Positions 50,781 through 62,850 of a stretch of DNA of 64,000 bases are shown here, piece after piece. Under the pieces are notes generated by a model that was not told the origin of the DNA, did no database searches, and saw nothing but the letters and a program-made list of their open reading frames with translations. Source of the DNA: Octopus sinensis (Eukaryota). How positions within the stretch are numbered: the stretch's first letter is position 1; each line of letters begins with the position of its first letter. The translations under genes were made by a program, and so were the position numbers. The stretch covers positions 100,688,001 through 100,752,000 of the forward strand of contig NC_043004.1 of assembly GCF_006345805.1 (NCBI RefSeq). Reading direction: 5' to 3'.

Positions 50781-51289
50781 GGTGTACAGGAATAAAAACA
50801 AAAAACACAGACAATAACAAGAAGGGAAGTTTGCATTATCAATCAATCTGCTAGAAGCGGCAACCAAACCCTCTTTGGAATCAGATCGCAGCTTCTTAAA
50901 AACGATCGCGTTGCATAGGTCCGGTCTGACTTCCCTGGACGCACTTGAGGAAATGCGGGTGGGTGATGGCTGAACTGCCTTTCTCTACTGAACTACTTCC
51001 TGTTGTTGGGTGTGGTGGTGGTGGTGGTGATACTGCTGCTACTATTGCTATTGGTACTGGTAGGGGTAGCTGTGGTAGTAGTGCAGTGCCAGCGGTTGTT
51101 GTTTAACCTGGAGCTAAACAGCGAATACAGTTGTTACCTCCCTTCCCAACGTCACACTTCCCTATCGAATACATTTAGTATTAAATAAAAAAAAAAAACC
51201 CTTTCTCTCACAAAAACAAAATGGTAAAAATATGATCTAAAAAATTCTAAAAATGCTCCTGTATAAGATTTAACAACATTAAAAACACT

Positions 51290-52200
51290 TTCATGGAACT
51301 GAAAGATTTTAACATCAAACACGGCATTCATATAACAATAACTCAGAAAGTATTTTTACAGCCAGAGGAAAGAATAGCCAGTATTTCAAATTATGCTCAT
51401 ATCAGGCTAGATAGCCCCATTCACAATAGGAGTAGTCTAACATCATGTACAAAAACCTGCATTCAATATGTAGATCCCACAAATTACAAATATTAGCTGA
51501 TAAGAAATTACACTACACTGGAAATAGAGGCTTTCAAAACTAAGTGCATTAATTTAATAAATATATATATATACATCGTCCGAACTCACCAAGCGTTCAT
51601 TCAGGTTGTGTATTCCAGCTACAACACTTTAATACTTATAAGCACCACAATCGTAGGGCACTTCATTGCACCACCTGGTTTTAAAGAAAATAGATAACAA
51701 AAGACGGAACACAGTGGTATGACAACTGAACTCGCTTTTCTTCCTAAATATTACATACCTTACACACATAACCTCACCAAGTCATCTATAACAGCCAAAT
51801 ACCATCCCAAATACCATCTCGCCACACTTAGCAAATACTTGCCAAACAATTTCCACATTTTTTTTTTCAGACCATCTACCAATTCCATTGTAAAACATTC
51901 ATACATCAATGTGAAGGGAAAAAACCACTTTTACAAACTTCAAAAAAAGGCGCAATGAAATTAGTTCCACCTAGAAACAAGAATCAAGGCTTTCAGAATT
52001 CAGCAACACAACAATTGCTAACATAGATGTTGCACTGCAATACGTGTATATACAACAAAATAATTATAGACTTCTAAAAAAATATATCTCACCCAGCAAC
52101 ATAAAAAATACGACCCCAATTACACAGCAGAAATAGCCAAACTCGTAAAAATACCCAGAGATTATCTCAAACACAATACATGAAAGGCTCATACAACGGG
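51290..52200 (+). pseudogene. Possible highly decayed Penelope-like RT/linker fragment
   Basis: Weak collinear motifs: LDSPIHN (~51410), PGFKEN (51674) and NTI..SKYLPN (~51800-51850, compare NTIKISYSCLPN); many stops. Confidence 0.3.
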
Positions 52201-52298
52201 AATAAAACTGAACGTCGAACAACTGAATAAGAAAGAAATAACCGACAAATATTTATTTCCAACGTAAACCACAAAACTGTGAATAAGGTATTATACAA

Positions 52299-52640
52299 GG
52301 AGGAGAGCCCCTTCGGTCATGAATGACCATTGGATTGCACCTAGAATGTTACCCTCCCAAGTACAAGTCCGGGCAAAGTTTTTTGCGGAAGGTCAGCAGT
52401 CGCCCATGCATTTCAGCCTCTCCTCTCCACACCGCTGAAAGTTATCCAAAAGAAAGACAAAGGCCGATACAGCTTGGCACCAGTGATGACGTAACTCATT
52501 TCTACAGCTGAGTTATCTGGAGCAACATGAAATATAGTGTCTTGCTCAAGAACACAACTCGCAGCTCGGTCCGGGAATCGAATTCACAATCTCACAATCG
52601 TAAGCTCGACGCTCCAACCACTGAGCTATACACCTTCACA
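52299..52640 (-). mobile_element. Full-length SINE group C with 11-bp TSD
   Basis: gtattatacaa at 52288-52298 and 52641-52651. Confidence 0.9.
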
Positions 52641-52724
52641 GTATTATACAAACTAATGAGCAATATCATGAATAGCAACACTCCAACAATCACAACAACA
52701 GCCTCAAATGATATACTTATACCT

Positions 52725-52954
52725 ATTTCTTTACTACCCACAAGGGGCTAAACACAGAGGGGACAAACAAGGACAGACAATGGGATTAAGTCGATTATAT
52801 CGACCCCAGTGCGTAACTGGTACTTATTTAATCGACCCCGAAAAGATGAAAGGCAAAGTCTACCTCGGCGGAATTTGAACTCAGAACATAACGGCAGACG
52901 AAATACTGCTAAGCATTTCGCCCGGCGTGCTAACGTTTCTGCCAGCTCGCCGCC
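52725..52954 (-). mobile_element. Full-length SINE D1 with 14-bp TSD
   Basis: atatacttatacct at 52711-52724 and 52961-52974. Confidence 0.92.
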
Positions 52955-53194
52955 ATTATAATATACTTATACCTCTACACCAAGGGAACGTTCTTATCAG
53001 ACATTTCTCGAAAATCATACAGTGTAGATAAGAAAAAAAAGAGAAAAAAATATGCATTTTACACGTAGATGATGATTATGCCCAATCCTAAAAAAACAGT
53101 AGGGAAGTCAAAATTCACACGAGTGTCAGAACCATAGAAATGTCACAAACATACATCTAAAAAAAATGGTGCCTGATAAAATATCTTCACTTAC

Positions 53195-53266
53195 GAATAT
53201 GTACCTCTATCTGTAGTAACACTGTGAAATTCCTTGATATTGGAAGCCGGACAAATTATAACAATT
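53195..53266 (-). CDS. Candidate 72-nt internal exon (xIVIICPASNIKEFHSVTTDRGTYx)
   Basis: Acceptor tttttgttattttag, donor gtaagtg, and only one open frame. No homology recognised. Confidence 0.2.
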
Positions 53267-53421
53267 CTAAAATAACAAAAATCTAAGTGAAATACCATTA
53301 TGCAGACCCATCCTCACTCCAGTACACACCCTCAAACATTTCACAACGACAAATCTTTATCAACACAAACACAAACATATGTTCTACTAAGTCGAACATT
53401 TTCACCCCTCTAAACTCAACT

Positions 53422-53625
53422 ATGGAGGCGCAGTGGTTAGGGCAGCGGACTTGCAGTCAGAGGATCGCGGTTTCGATTCCCAGACCGGGCGTTGTGTGTG
53501 TTTATTGAGCGAAAATACCAAAAACAGCTCCACGAGGCTGGGGTCTATTTGCCCGACTAAAAGGCGGTGCTCCAGCATGGCCACGGTCAAATGATTGAAA
53601 CAAGTAAAAGAGTAAAAGAGTAAGT
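53422..53625 (+). mobile_element. Chimeric SINE: group A head fused to group B 3' tail
   Basis: A sequence runs to cagctccacgaggct (~53539), then ggggtctatttgcccgactaaaaggcggtgctccagcatggcc...agtaaaagagt. Confidence 0.85.
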
Positions 53626-53831
53626 GTGCAAGAATACGTGAAACAAACCATCACAACCATAGCCTCTAATATTATCAGTATCCTCAACAATATACTATAA
53701 CTAGCATATCGCTACAGCCTTGATTATCTCCGCTACCATATTGATTCCTGCTACTTGCCTCTACCACTACCATTGCAGCACCAAACAGCAAACTTATGAA
53801 GGCCTTGACTGTCAAATAAAATTGAAAATAT

Positions 53832-54059
53832 ATATTTCTTTACAAGGGGTTAAACACAGGGGGGACTAACAAGGACAGACAAACGGATTAAGCCGATTAT
53901 ATCGACCTCCAGTGCGTAACTGGTACTTAATTTATCGACCCCGAAAGGATGAAAGGCAAAGTCGACCTCGGCGGAATTTGAACTCAGAACGTAACGGCGG
54001 ACGAAATACGGCTAAGCATTTCGCCCGGCGTGCTAACGCTTCAGCCAGCTCGTCGCCTT
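53832..54059 (-). mobile_element. Full-length SINE D1 with 15-bp TSD
   Basis: taaaattgaaaatat at 53817-53831 and 54060-54074. Confidence 0.92.
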
Positions 54060-54465
54060 TAAAATTGAAAATATTTTCTATCTTGCCCTTTGAAGAGATA
54101 GCCATGAAAATTTAAATTAGCTAGGAGGAGAAAGGGGGTGGACAGGTGCCTCTGTATGTGATTCACATGTATACACTCACACATAAACACACACTCACAC
54201 ATACACAAACTCACATTCACACACACAAGCACACACACGCAGATACATGTTCCTTAGGTTGCTGTACCCATGTGTTCTAACTAAATGTTATAAGGTTGAA
54301 GTTTGTTTCAGAGCAAGTCTAAAAATACTTTATTTGTCTATGCTTGTAATTATTTTTGGTTAAACAGTTTTTGGTTCACAACATTAAATGTGTTGGTTCC
54401 GCTTAACTATTTCTTTTATTGCAGAAGGTATCCTTACGTAGCCCCGCTTCGGCCATTCTTTCATA

Positions 54466-54733
54466 TCTCTCTCTATATAAACGGCAGTTTGTCTGTCTGT
54501 GTGTCTGTGTGTCTGTCAGGTTGTACCCTCACCCTGACCACGGCTTTCAACCGATTCTGATGAAACTTGACACACATATAGCCAGCCCAATGTCATAATT
54601 CAAAACTAACGCAGCGAAAATTTACCATAATTTTTTTTCCATTTTTTTTTGCTATTTTTTGGCTATAACTCTCTAAAAATGCTTTATAGTTATTTCCCTT
54701 ACAAACCCGAGCAACGCCGGGCGATACTGCTAG
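54466..54733 (+). mobile_element. Non-autonomous Helitron-type element
   Basis: A|TC start and cccgagcaacgccggg hairpin plus CTAG|T end. The last ~30 bp are identical to the 30721-31115 element. Confidence 0.8.
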
Positions 54734-54828
54734 TATTATGAATGTATCTTTTTTTTTTCTTTTTTATCTCTTATTGGTTTCAGCCCGGGGCTGAGATCAT
54801 GTTGCTGCACGACCTGTAGTTACTCGGT

Positions 54829-55135
54829 GTTTTTTTTTTTTTTTGTTTTTTTTTTGTTTTTTCTTTTTTTTTTTTTATTCAGCTCAGAGCTGCGGCCAGG
54901 CTGATGTCTCCATTTTTTTTATCTTTTGGGGGGTTTTTTTTGTGAAATAACGAGTTGGACGGAGCTGCTCTTCTCTGCGTCTCATGCTGCAATGTAGGTT
55001 CATCTGGTATCTGAAATAGAAACCTGTCCAAACGTTCCTTGACAACTTCCACATCAAGACCATATACATCTCTAAAGTTACCTGGCAGGATATTGAACAA
55101 TTGCGAGCCCTTGAAACTAAGACAGATGCAGTACT
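54829..55135 (-). mobile_element. CR1-like LINE 3' end (ORF C-terminus, 3' UTR, A-rich tail)
   Basis: LSFKGSQLFNILPGNFRDVYGLDVEVVKERLDRFLFQIPDEP...RAAPSNSL, followed by an A-rich tail (T-rich on plus, 54829-54876). Confidence 0.8.
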
Positions 55136-55149
55136 GTGTCATTATTTTT

Positions 55150-55531
55150 TTATATTCAAAACTAGGAAAAGTGAGGCCCTGCTACTCCTATGGAAGACTT
55201 TCGTTCTCAGCCGCTTGGACTACTGCTCCCAACTATGATTCTCAGAGGGTGTGAAACAAACTGTGGAACTCGAAGCAATCCAGCGCCAATACACAAAGAA
55301 GATTGACTCGATGTAAAAGATGGGCTTCTGGGAGAGGCTAAAGGAGCTGAGTCTCTATTCCCAGGAGAGAAGACGAGAGAGATATGCAGTGATGTATATT
55401 TGGGAAATCTTGGAGAACTTAGCTCCCAATTTTGGAATTGACAGCTATACCTATCCTCGAAATGCACGACGCGGCATCATACCAAAGATCCTGTCTTCCC
55501 CATCGAGAATAAGGACGCAGTACTGCAATAG
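55150..55531 (+). mobile_element. CR1-like LINE, upstream ORF segment in inverted orientation
   Basis: LLWKTFVLSRLDYCSQL...ELEAIQRQYTKKI...FWERLKELSLYSQERRRERY...RTQYCNS, a typical CR1/L2-type post-RT region. Confidence 0.8.
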
Positions 55532-55566
<35 letters not shown>

Positions 55567-55583
55567 TTGTGTATGTATGTATA

Positions 55584-55900
55584 TCAAAATTATAATTCAG
55601 GATATCTAAGAGATACCACCATGCTGGAAATAGCAGCCAAAACTTGACTCTAAAACCACATAAAATGTTCCTACAGCACCAGGAAAGAAGACAAAGAGAC
55701 AAAATAATCTAGCAAAAATTTACTGGATAATTCCAGATCACGGATTTTTTTCCTAGTTTATTTTGTCTCTTTGTCTTCTCTCCTGGTGCTGTCTGAACAT
55801 TTAATGTGGTTTTAGAGTCAAGTTTTGGCTGCTATTTCCAGCGTGGTGATATCTCTTAGATACCCTGAATTATAATTTTAATAATAATTATTAATTTTGA
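55584..55900. mobile_element. Palindromic MITE-like element with ~130-bp arms
   Basis: 55586-55718 vs 55746-55879 are complementary with few mismatches; the loop contains the mini-hairpin ctgga-taat-tccag. Confidence 0.85.
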
Positions 55901-55939
55901 AGGTTTTTATTCCATGCTGGCCACCTGATAAGATCTTAT

Positions 55940-56009
<70 letters not shown>

Positions 56010-56078
56010 ATAATATATATATATATTATATATATATATACACACATCTTTTTTCTCTCCTCGTTTTTTTCTGTGTCC

Positions 56079-56114
56079 CTTTCTGTAGAAGAACGTAGGT
56101 TCGAAACGTAAAAG
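56079..56114 (+). ncRNA. Minimal type-I hammerhead-like motif in a Penelope-like terminal repeat (56045-56205)
   Basis: Stem I cttt/aaag, core ctgtaga plus a, stem II gaac-gtag-gttc, then gaaac-gta. Confidence 0.45.
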
Positions 56115-56203
56115 ACTTTTTATATTCCGCAGCGTTATACTAATATATCTGTTTGTTTTGTACACCATCTGTCTTGGTCTTTTTTCTTTTCGTAAACTCT
56201 CCC

Positions 56204-56269
<66 letters not shown>

Positions 56270-56849
56270 CTATCTTTTACAATAGGTATCTGTTTAGTTT
56301 GTATTCTCTAAAATACAATTTGAATCTGCAATACCATACTCCACAGTATAAGCAACAATTCGTTGTTATCCCTTCCTCTTGGAAATGCCTCTATAAATTA
56401 CTGATTGCTGCAGGGTTCCACTAGTAGTGGTGTGGGTTGTAGAAAATATTGTTTTGCCTTTCTTTGATTTGGGGGGAAGGACTGTGGCAATTAACTTCGC
56501 ACAACTTCCACCACGTTGAGATCCACGCGGTTAACGTGCTGCTTGAAAGCGAATGTTAATGGAGGATTGTGTACACAGTAACAGCATTTAGAGACAGGAA
56601 GTTCTAGTGTAAAAGGAAGTGGACATAGTAGTTAGTGCAGATATGAAGGAGTGGATGCAACGTAAGATGGAATACGAATGTCATAGGCAAACTGGAAGAC
56701 ACAGATCAGTTCCCAGAAGCAGAAGCCACTATAGTAGTTATAGGGAAGTCAGAGAGATGAGGTCGAACGTCTCTAGGTCAGAGGTCAGAGAATGTTGCAG
56801 AGAAATTTCATGTCGATCAGTTGTTCTCTCATTCTGATTACAGATTTTG

Positions 56850-57427
56850 GCATAAGGCTAGTAATTTCGAGGAAGCCCCCAGTGTTTAATACGTACTTAT
56901 TTTTATAAACCCCGAAAGGATGAAAAGTCGACCGCGGCAGTATTAGAACTCAGAACGTGAAAATGAGTGAAATACTGCAAAATATTTTGCCCGGCGTGCA
57001 AACGTTTTCTATTTCTTTATTGCCCACAAGGTGCTAAAACATAAAGGGGACAAACAAGGACAGACAAAAGGATTATGTCGATTACATCGACCCCAGTGCG
57101 TAACTGGTACTTAATTTATCGACCCAAAAGGATGAAAGGCAAAGTCGACCTCGGCGGAATTTGAACTCAGAACGTAACGACAGACGAAATACCTATTTCT
57201 TTGCTACCCACAAGGAGCTAAACACAGAGAGGACAAACAAGGAAAGACAAACAGATTAAGTCGATTATATCGACCCCAGTGCGTATCTGGTACTTGGTTT
57301 ATCGACCCGAAAGGATGAAAGGCAAAGTCGACCTCGGCGGAATTTGAACTCAGAACGTAGCGGCAGACGAAATACTGCTAAGCATTTCGCCCGGCGTGCT
57401 CACGTTTCTACCAGGTCGGCGCCTTCA
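56850..57427 (-). mobile_element. Nested array of three SINE D units (two D1 within a D2)
   Basis: Junctions at about 57008 (aaacgttt|tctatttc) and 57190 (gaaatac|ctatttc). Confidence 0.9.
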
Positions 57428-57573
57428 GTTGCTGTCTCATACTAATTAATACATTATATATGCGAATGTTATGGGATATAATTACAAAAGGATACCTCCA
57501 GTAATAAAGCACGTTGACATACGCAATTTCCCTCTACCAAATTTACTTAAAAGGCATTGGTCGGCTTGGGGAT

Positions 57574-57668
<95 letters not shown>

Positions 57669-57669
57669 C

Positions 57670-57957
57670 GATGGACTCTTTCGTCAAAGACAACATGTGT
57701 GTTCAGCTATTGCTGAACATCCTGCACAAATGATTTGTTTATAGCGACCAAATGTATGAGCCGTACATTATCTCGCTCACTCAATCACATAGACGTTGCC
57801 TGAGCATGCGCACGGTGTATCACATGTCAGGTGCCGAAGTGATCGCAGAGTAACGTGAGCTGAAGTGCCTTGCTCAAGCACACGACGCACCCTCCGCTCT
57901 AAGAACTGAAAACACGATCTAGCGATCGTGAGAGCAAAGCCTTAACCACAAGGCCAT
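57670..57957 (-). mobile_element. CORE-like tRNA SINE related to group C but with a different 3' part
   Basis: Minus strand ggccttgtggttaaggc...gtgcttgagcaaggcacttcagctcacgttactc; the downstream sequence is unlike group C. Confidence 0.6.
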
Positions 57958-57998
57958 ATATATGTGTGCGTCTGTGTTTGTCTGTGTGTGTGCGTGCC

Positions 57999-58081
<83 letters not shown>

Positions 58082-58904
58082 TATATATACATATATGTAT
58101 ATGCACACACATACATGTGCGTGTACGCGTGTGTGCCTCTCTGTGTATGTGTGTGTATGCAGGTATGTGATTTCGTGTACATGTTCATTCGAGAATATTC
58201 AGATTCGATACTCTTTGAAATGTTTTAGAAATCTTTACTGCTTGGCTAACATCACTAACCGAATGGATTTGGAGAAAGCAAGAAGTGTGTTTGCTCTATT
58301 CTTTCTTGGAAATCTCAGCAACATTACAAGACTTGTACGCAAATCTGCTGTTACATAATTCACTTGACCTATGAAATTATGTAGAATTGAGAATCTATAA
58401 ACTGGATACAAGCGCTGTATGTTCCGCGTTATTTCACAATAGATGTTCTGTTTTTTTCACAATCATGGAAGAGACATTCGCATCGCTAGGCAGTTGACCT
58501 CTATAGCATTGCATGACTTCGGTGCAATTTGAAGAAGACCAAAACATGTCTAGCTTTGTCTCGTATACTTGTTGGGAAAATGTAAATAATATTGGTCAGC
58601 GACTAATATCGATTTTTATCTCAACACTTTTATATAAAACTATCGATTTAATCTTCCCTGTAACACTAACTTTAACATGTATTTTTTATGCAGAAGGCGC
58701 CTCTAAATTAATCTGAACTATCTCCAAGCTTGATTTGACACTTTTCACTTACTAACTTGTCTTATTTCGATAATTTAAAAAAACATATATATTGATGTGA
58801 GAAGACCAATTTTAGTTCATAGTAATTGTTCAAAGAAATGTAACATGAGAATGTTTAAATATGTAGACGCCACTGGTATAATGTTTCTAATAATGAGATC
58901 AAGG

Positions 58905-59054
58905 TTTGGAACAATGCCAGCAATTTCGGAGGTGGGGGTCGATTACAAGAACACCAGTGATCATATGATTCTTATTCTATCGAAAGAGTCGACCTCCTCA
59001 GAATTTGAACCCAAGTCGTAAAGACCTGCTAACAGTTCTGCCAGCTCGCCGCCT
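58905..59054 (-). mobile_element. Old, internally deleted SINE D2
   Basis: aatttcggaggtgggggtcgattac...gtcgacctcctcagaatttgaac...ctgccagctcgccgcc. Confidence 0.7.
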
Positions 59055-59400
59055 TGCTGCTGAGATCCCCTTCGGTCATGACTGACCATGGGATTGCACC
59101 TAGAAAGTTACCCTCCCAGACACAAGTCCGGGCAAGGTTGTTTACGGAAGACCAGCAGTCGCCCATGCATACCAGCCTCCCCTCTCCACGCCACCAGTGT
59201 TCTCCAAGGGAAACGCAAAGGGGCCGATACAGCTTGGCACCAGTGACGTCGCAACTCATTTCTACAGCTGAGTGAATTGGAGCAACGTGAAATAAAGTGT
59301 CTTGCTCAAGAACACAACACGCAGCCCAGTCCGGGATTCGAACTCACAACCTCACGATCGCAAGCCCGACGCTCTAACCACTGAGCCACTCGCCTTCACA
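59055..59400 (-). mobile_element. Full-length SINE group C (CORE-like) with 10-bp TSD
   Basis: Head tgtgaaggcgagtggctcagtggttagagcg...gttcgaatcc, CORE-like gtgttcttgagcaagacacttta, and ctcgccgcct at 59045-59054 and 59401-59410. Confidence 0.92.
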
Positions 59401-59864
59401 CTCGCCGCCTGATTATTTCTAATAATAATAATAATAATTTGTCATTAGCGACGGAAGCAGTTTTCTTTCAGAATAGCATCCTGCATATCTTACTTAACGT
59501 GAATATACTGTAGAATGTCACACAAAAAAATGCAGTTTTGGTCTCGAGAAAGCATTTCGTATACATGTATAGTTATAAAAGCCACAGAAGATTATCGTTA
59601 GCAGACAAAAATCGTCCAACAGCGGCGGTGGAATTGGTAAATCCAAATTTCTGTGTTTCTGCGTGCTATCAGTGGCAAGCATTGTTTTCTCGACATGAAT
59701 ACAGCACTTGTGTGACTTCCCAGAGAATATTGACGTTAAGTAAAATTTATAGAATGCTGCTAATAAGTTTGGCTTTATCTGCGAGTGTAAAAACAGCATT
59801 GGACATTCCCCGACCAAAAGGCAAGACATACAGTTGAACAGCATGTGTGTATATACACATGCCT

Positions 59865-59869
59865 AGATG

Positions 59870-59951
<82 letters not shown>

Positions 59952-60011
59952 GGATAGATAGATAGACAGATAGATAGATAGATAGACAGACCGACAGACA
60001 GACAGACAGAC

Positions 60012-60071
<60 letters not shown>

Positions 60072-60143
60072 GAATGAATAGATAGACAGACATATAGACT
60101 GACAGAGAGACAGTTAGACCGACAGACAGATAGACTGACAGAC

Positions 60144-60194
<51 letters not shown>

Positions 60195-60300
60195 CAGACA
60201 GAGATATATATACATACATGCTTACCTACATACATACATACATACATACATACATACATACATACATACATACATACATACATACCTACATGCATACAAA
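59865..60300. repeat. (GATA)n, (GACA)n and (TACA)n microsatellite
   Basis: Seen directly. Confidence 0.95.
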
Positions 60301-60399
60301 CATGGATAAATGAATAGATCGATGGATATATAGATAAACAGACAACAGACCGTCATACATAAAACACACACATACAGATGAACACACAATAACTTAGAC

Positions 60400-60520
60400 T
60401 GGGTGGGGTTCAGCGGCAGTTCACCTCGAGTGACGCTTTTATAGGAGCCGTACTTTGGGGGTCCGTTGTATAAGTTTGGGAGCCGGGCGTGGGCGACGAA
60501 CGCAAGAGCTGCGTCACTTG
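60400..60520 (-). promoter_or_regulatory. Candidate TATA core promoter on the minus strand
   Basis: TATAAAA at 60437-60443 (minus), GC/KLF box ccacgccc at 60485-60492, and TGACG half-sites at 60431 and 60512-60516, within a short CpG-rich island. Confidence 0.35.
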
Positions 60521-60559
60521 TAAATACATACATATTTACAAACTTAGTATGTGTGTGCA

Positions 60560-60602
<43 letters not shown>

Positions 60603-61210
60603 TTGTGGATGGGTGGGTGTCTGTACATTTGTTTTTGTGTATGATGACAGTCAAATCTCAAGAAAATATCTATGAACTATCTTGATTCGCACAATTTTAA
60701 TTTCCTTTTCGCTCATAATTCATATTTTGGATGTTGTCTACTATTTTACTACAGTAAACCCTCTTCATATACAATGAATCGCCCCCCCCCCCCTTTGTTT
60801 TTCAGTCTTAAACCCTTAAACGCTGGCGTGTGCGTACACACATACCGCTACCTCACCACCCATATCATGAGACACCCCGTAGGAATTATATACTTGCTCA
60901 GCTTGGGCATGACATAAAAAATAAGTGTCAAGATAGCATCCAGAGATACAGGTTCTCTCTCCTCCCTCTGTCAATGCTGTGAGGAATGACAATTAAGCTA
61001 ACACCCCTCCTCATGGCAAATGACTTCTAATATATATTAACAATGAAATATCTGCCAACATTAACGCTAACGATATTTTATTGTCATCTCTTTTCATTAT
61101 AATTACTATGAATATACATGCTTTATACGCGACTGTGTATTTGTGAGCAGATATATATGTGTGCGTGTGTGTGTGGGGGGGTATGTAAGCATTTTTGTCT
61201 ATCTTTTATC

Positions 61211-61765
61211 GTTAACCTTTTACTTGTTTCAGTTATTAAGATTGCGTCCATGGTGAGGCACCATCTCGAACAATTTTTTTAGTCGTCAGAAGTGACCCCG
61301 GTACTTTTTTGTTGTCTTCTTTTTTGTTGTTGTTGTTGTTGTTGTTTTTTCATTTTGGGTTTTTATTTATTTATTTATTCTTTTGTTAAGCCTGGTACTT
61401 ATTCTATCGGTCACATTTCCCGAACTGCTAAGTCACGAGGACGAACGTAAACACACTGGTTCTGAAGCTGTGTAGGCGTCAAACACAGACTCAAAGACAC
61501 ACACACACACACCACACACACATATATATATATATATACATGCATACATACATACATACATACATACATACACACACACGCATATATATATATATAAATA
61601 CATATATACGACGGGCTTCTTTCAGTTTCCGTCAACCAAACTCGCTCATAAAGTTTTGGTCGGCCCGAGGCTATAGCAGAAGGCACTTGCCCAAGGTGCC
61701 ACGCAGTGGCACTGAACCCGGAAACATGTGATTGGGGGAGCAAATTTCTTAGCACGCAGCTACGC
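61211..61765 (-). mobile_element. Diverged SINE group B
   Basis: Tail cttttacttgtttcag through head ...cttagcacgcagc; internal T-rich and TA expansions. Confidence 0.8.
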
Positions 61766-62575
61766 ACGCACACACACACACACACATATATATATACACA
61801 TACATAGATAAGATACATACATGCATGCATGTATGTATCTATGTATTTGTGTGTATATATACATATATACATATATACACACATACATAGATACATGCAT
61901 ACATACAAACATACATACATACACACATACATACATACATACACACATACATACACACATACATACACACATACATACATACACACATACATACATATAT
62001 CCGCACACATACAAATAGATAACACCACATGTATGAAAGAGTGTGAACAATCCAAGTGACGGTTGCTTGCAGTATTATTTATATATCACCAAAATGTTGA
62101 ACTAATCCTCTCTCATAATGTAAAAGTGTTTACTACATCAAGTTTTCTTTAAGCCTGTTCTTGTCATTTTAAGTAAATATTGACAGTTAGCCCTGGAGTT
62201 TTCAAACATTATAAAAAAACATAGGGAAGCCCTAGGTTCCACCAGAAGATGATGAGAAAGAAACCTGTGGGAGACTGACTTAACGTGTAGGAGTAGATGA
62301 CATATCAGTTGACATGAATTAATTTTCTGTAAGCCTTCTTTTATGCGAATGTTATATCGTTAAGATATATATATGTATATCTATATACATATGTGTGTGT
62401 TTGTAGGATATTTGTGCTGCGTGTGAATATATTGAATGTATGTATGTATGTCTGTGTGCATGTGTGCGTATATATATGTACACATACATATATAACACAA
62501 GCATACATGAATACACATACATACATATAATTATATATTTGTATATATGTGTATATGTCAGTATTTGTGTGCGTG

Positions 62576-62616
<41 letters not shown>

Positions 62617-62791
62617 ATACAGTTATACATAAACATGCGATGTTTATTGCCCTAGATATGCCGATCATCTGTAGTATATGAATTATGGAGTGTCAGTCTT
62701 TCTCCAAGAATACAAGTTAAGGAATAATTCCATCCAGACGGGTTGATACGTAAATTCAAACACACACACATACACGCGTACAATGTATACA

Positions 62792-62827
<36 letters not shown>

Positions 62828-62850
62828 TATATATATATATATATATATAT

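Noticed and set aside
59600-59650. SGGGIGKS P-loop-like peptide
   Set aside because: Spacing does not fit GxxxxGK[ST] or KGGxGK, and the frame ends within ~20 codons.
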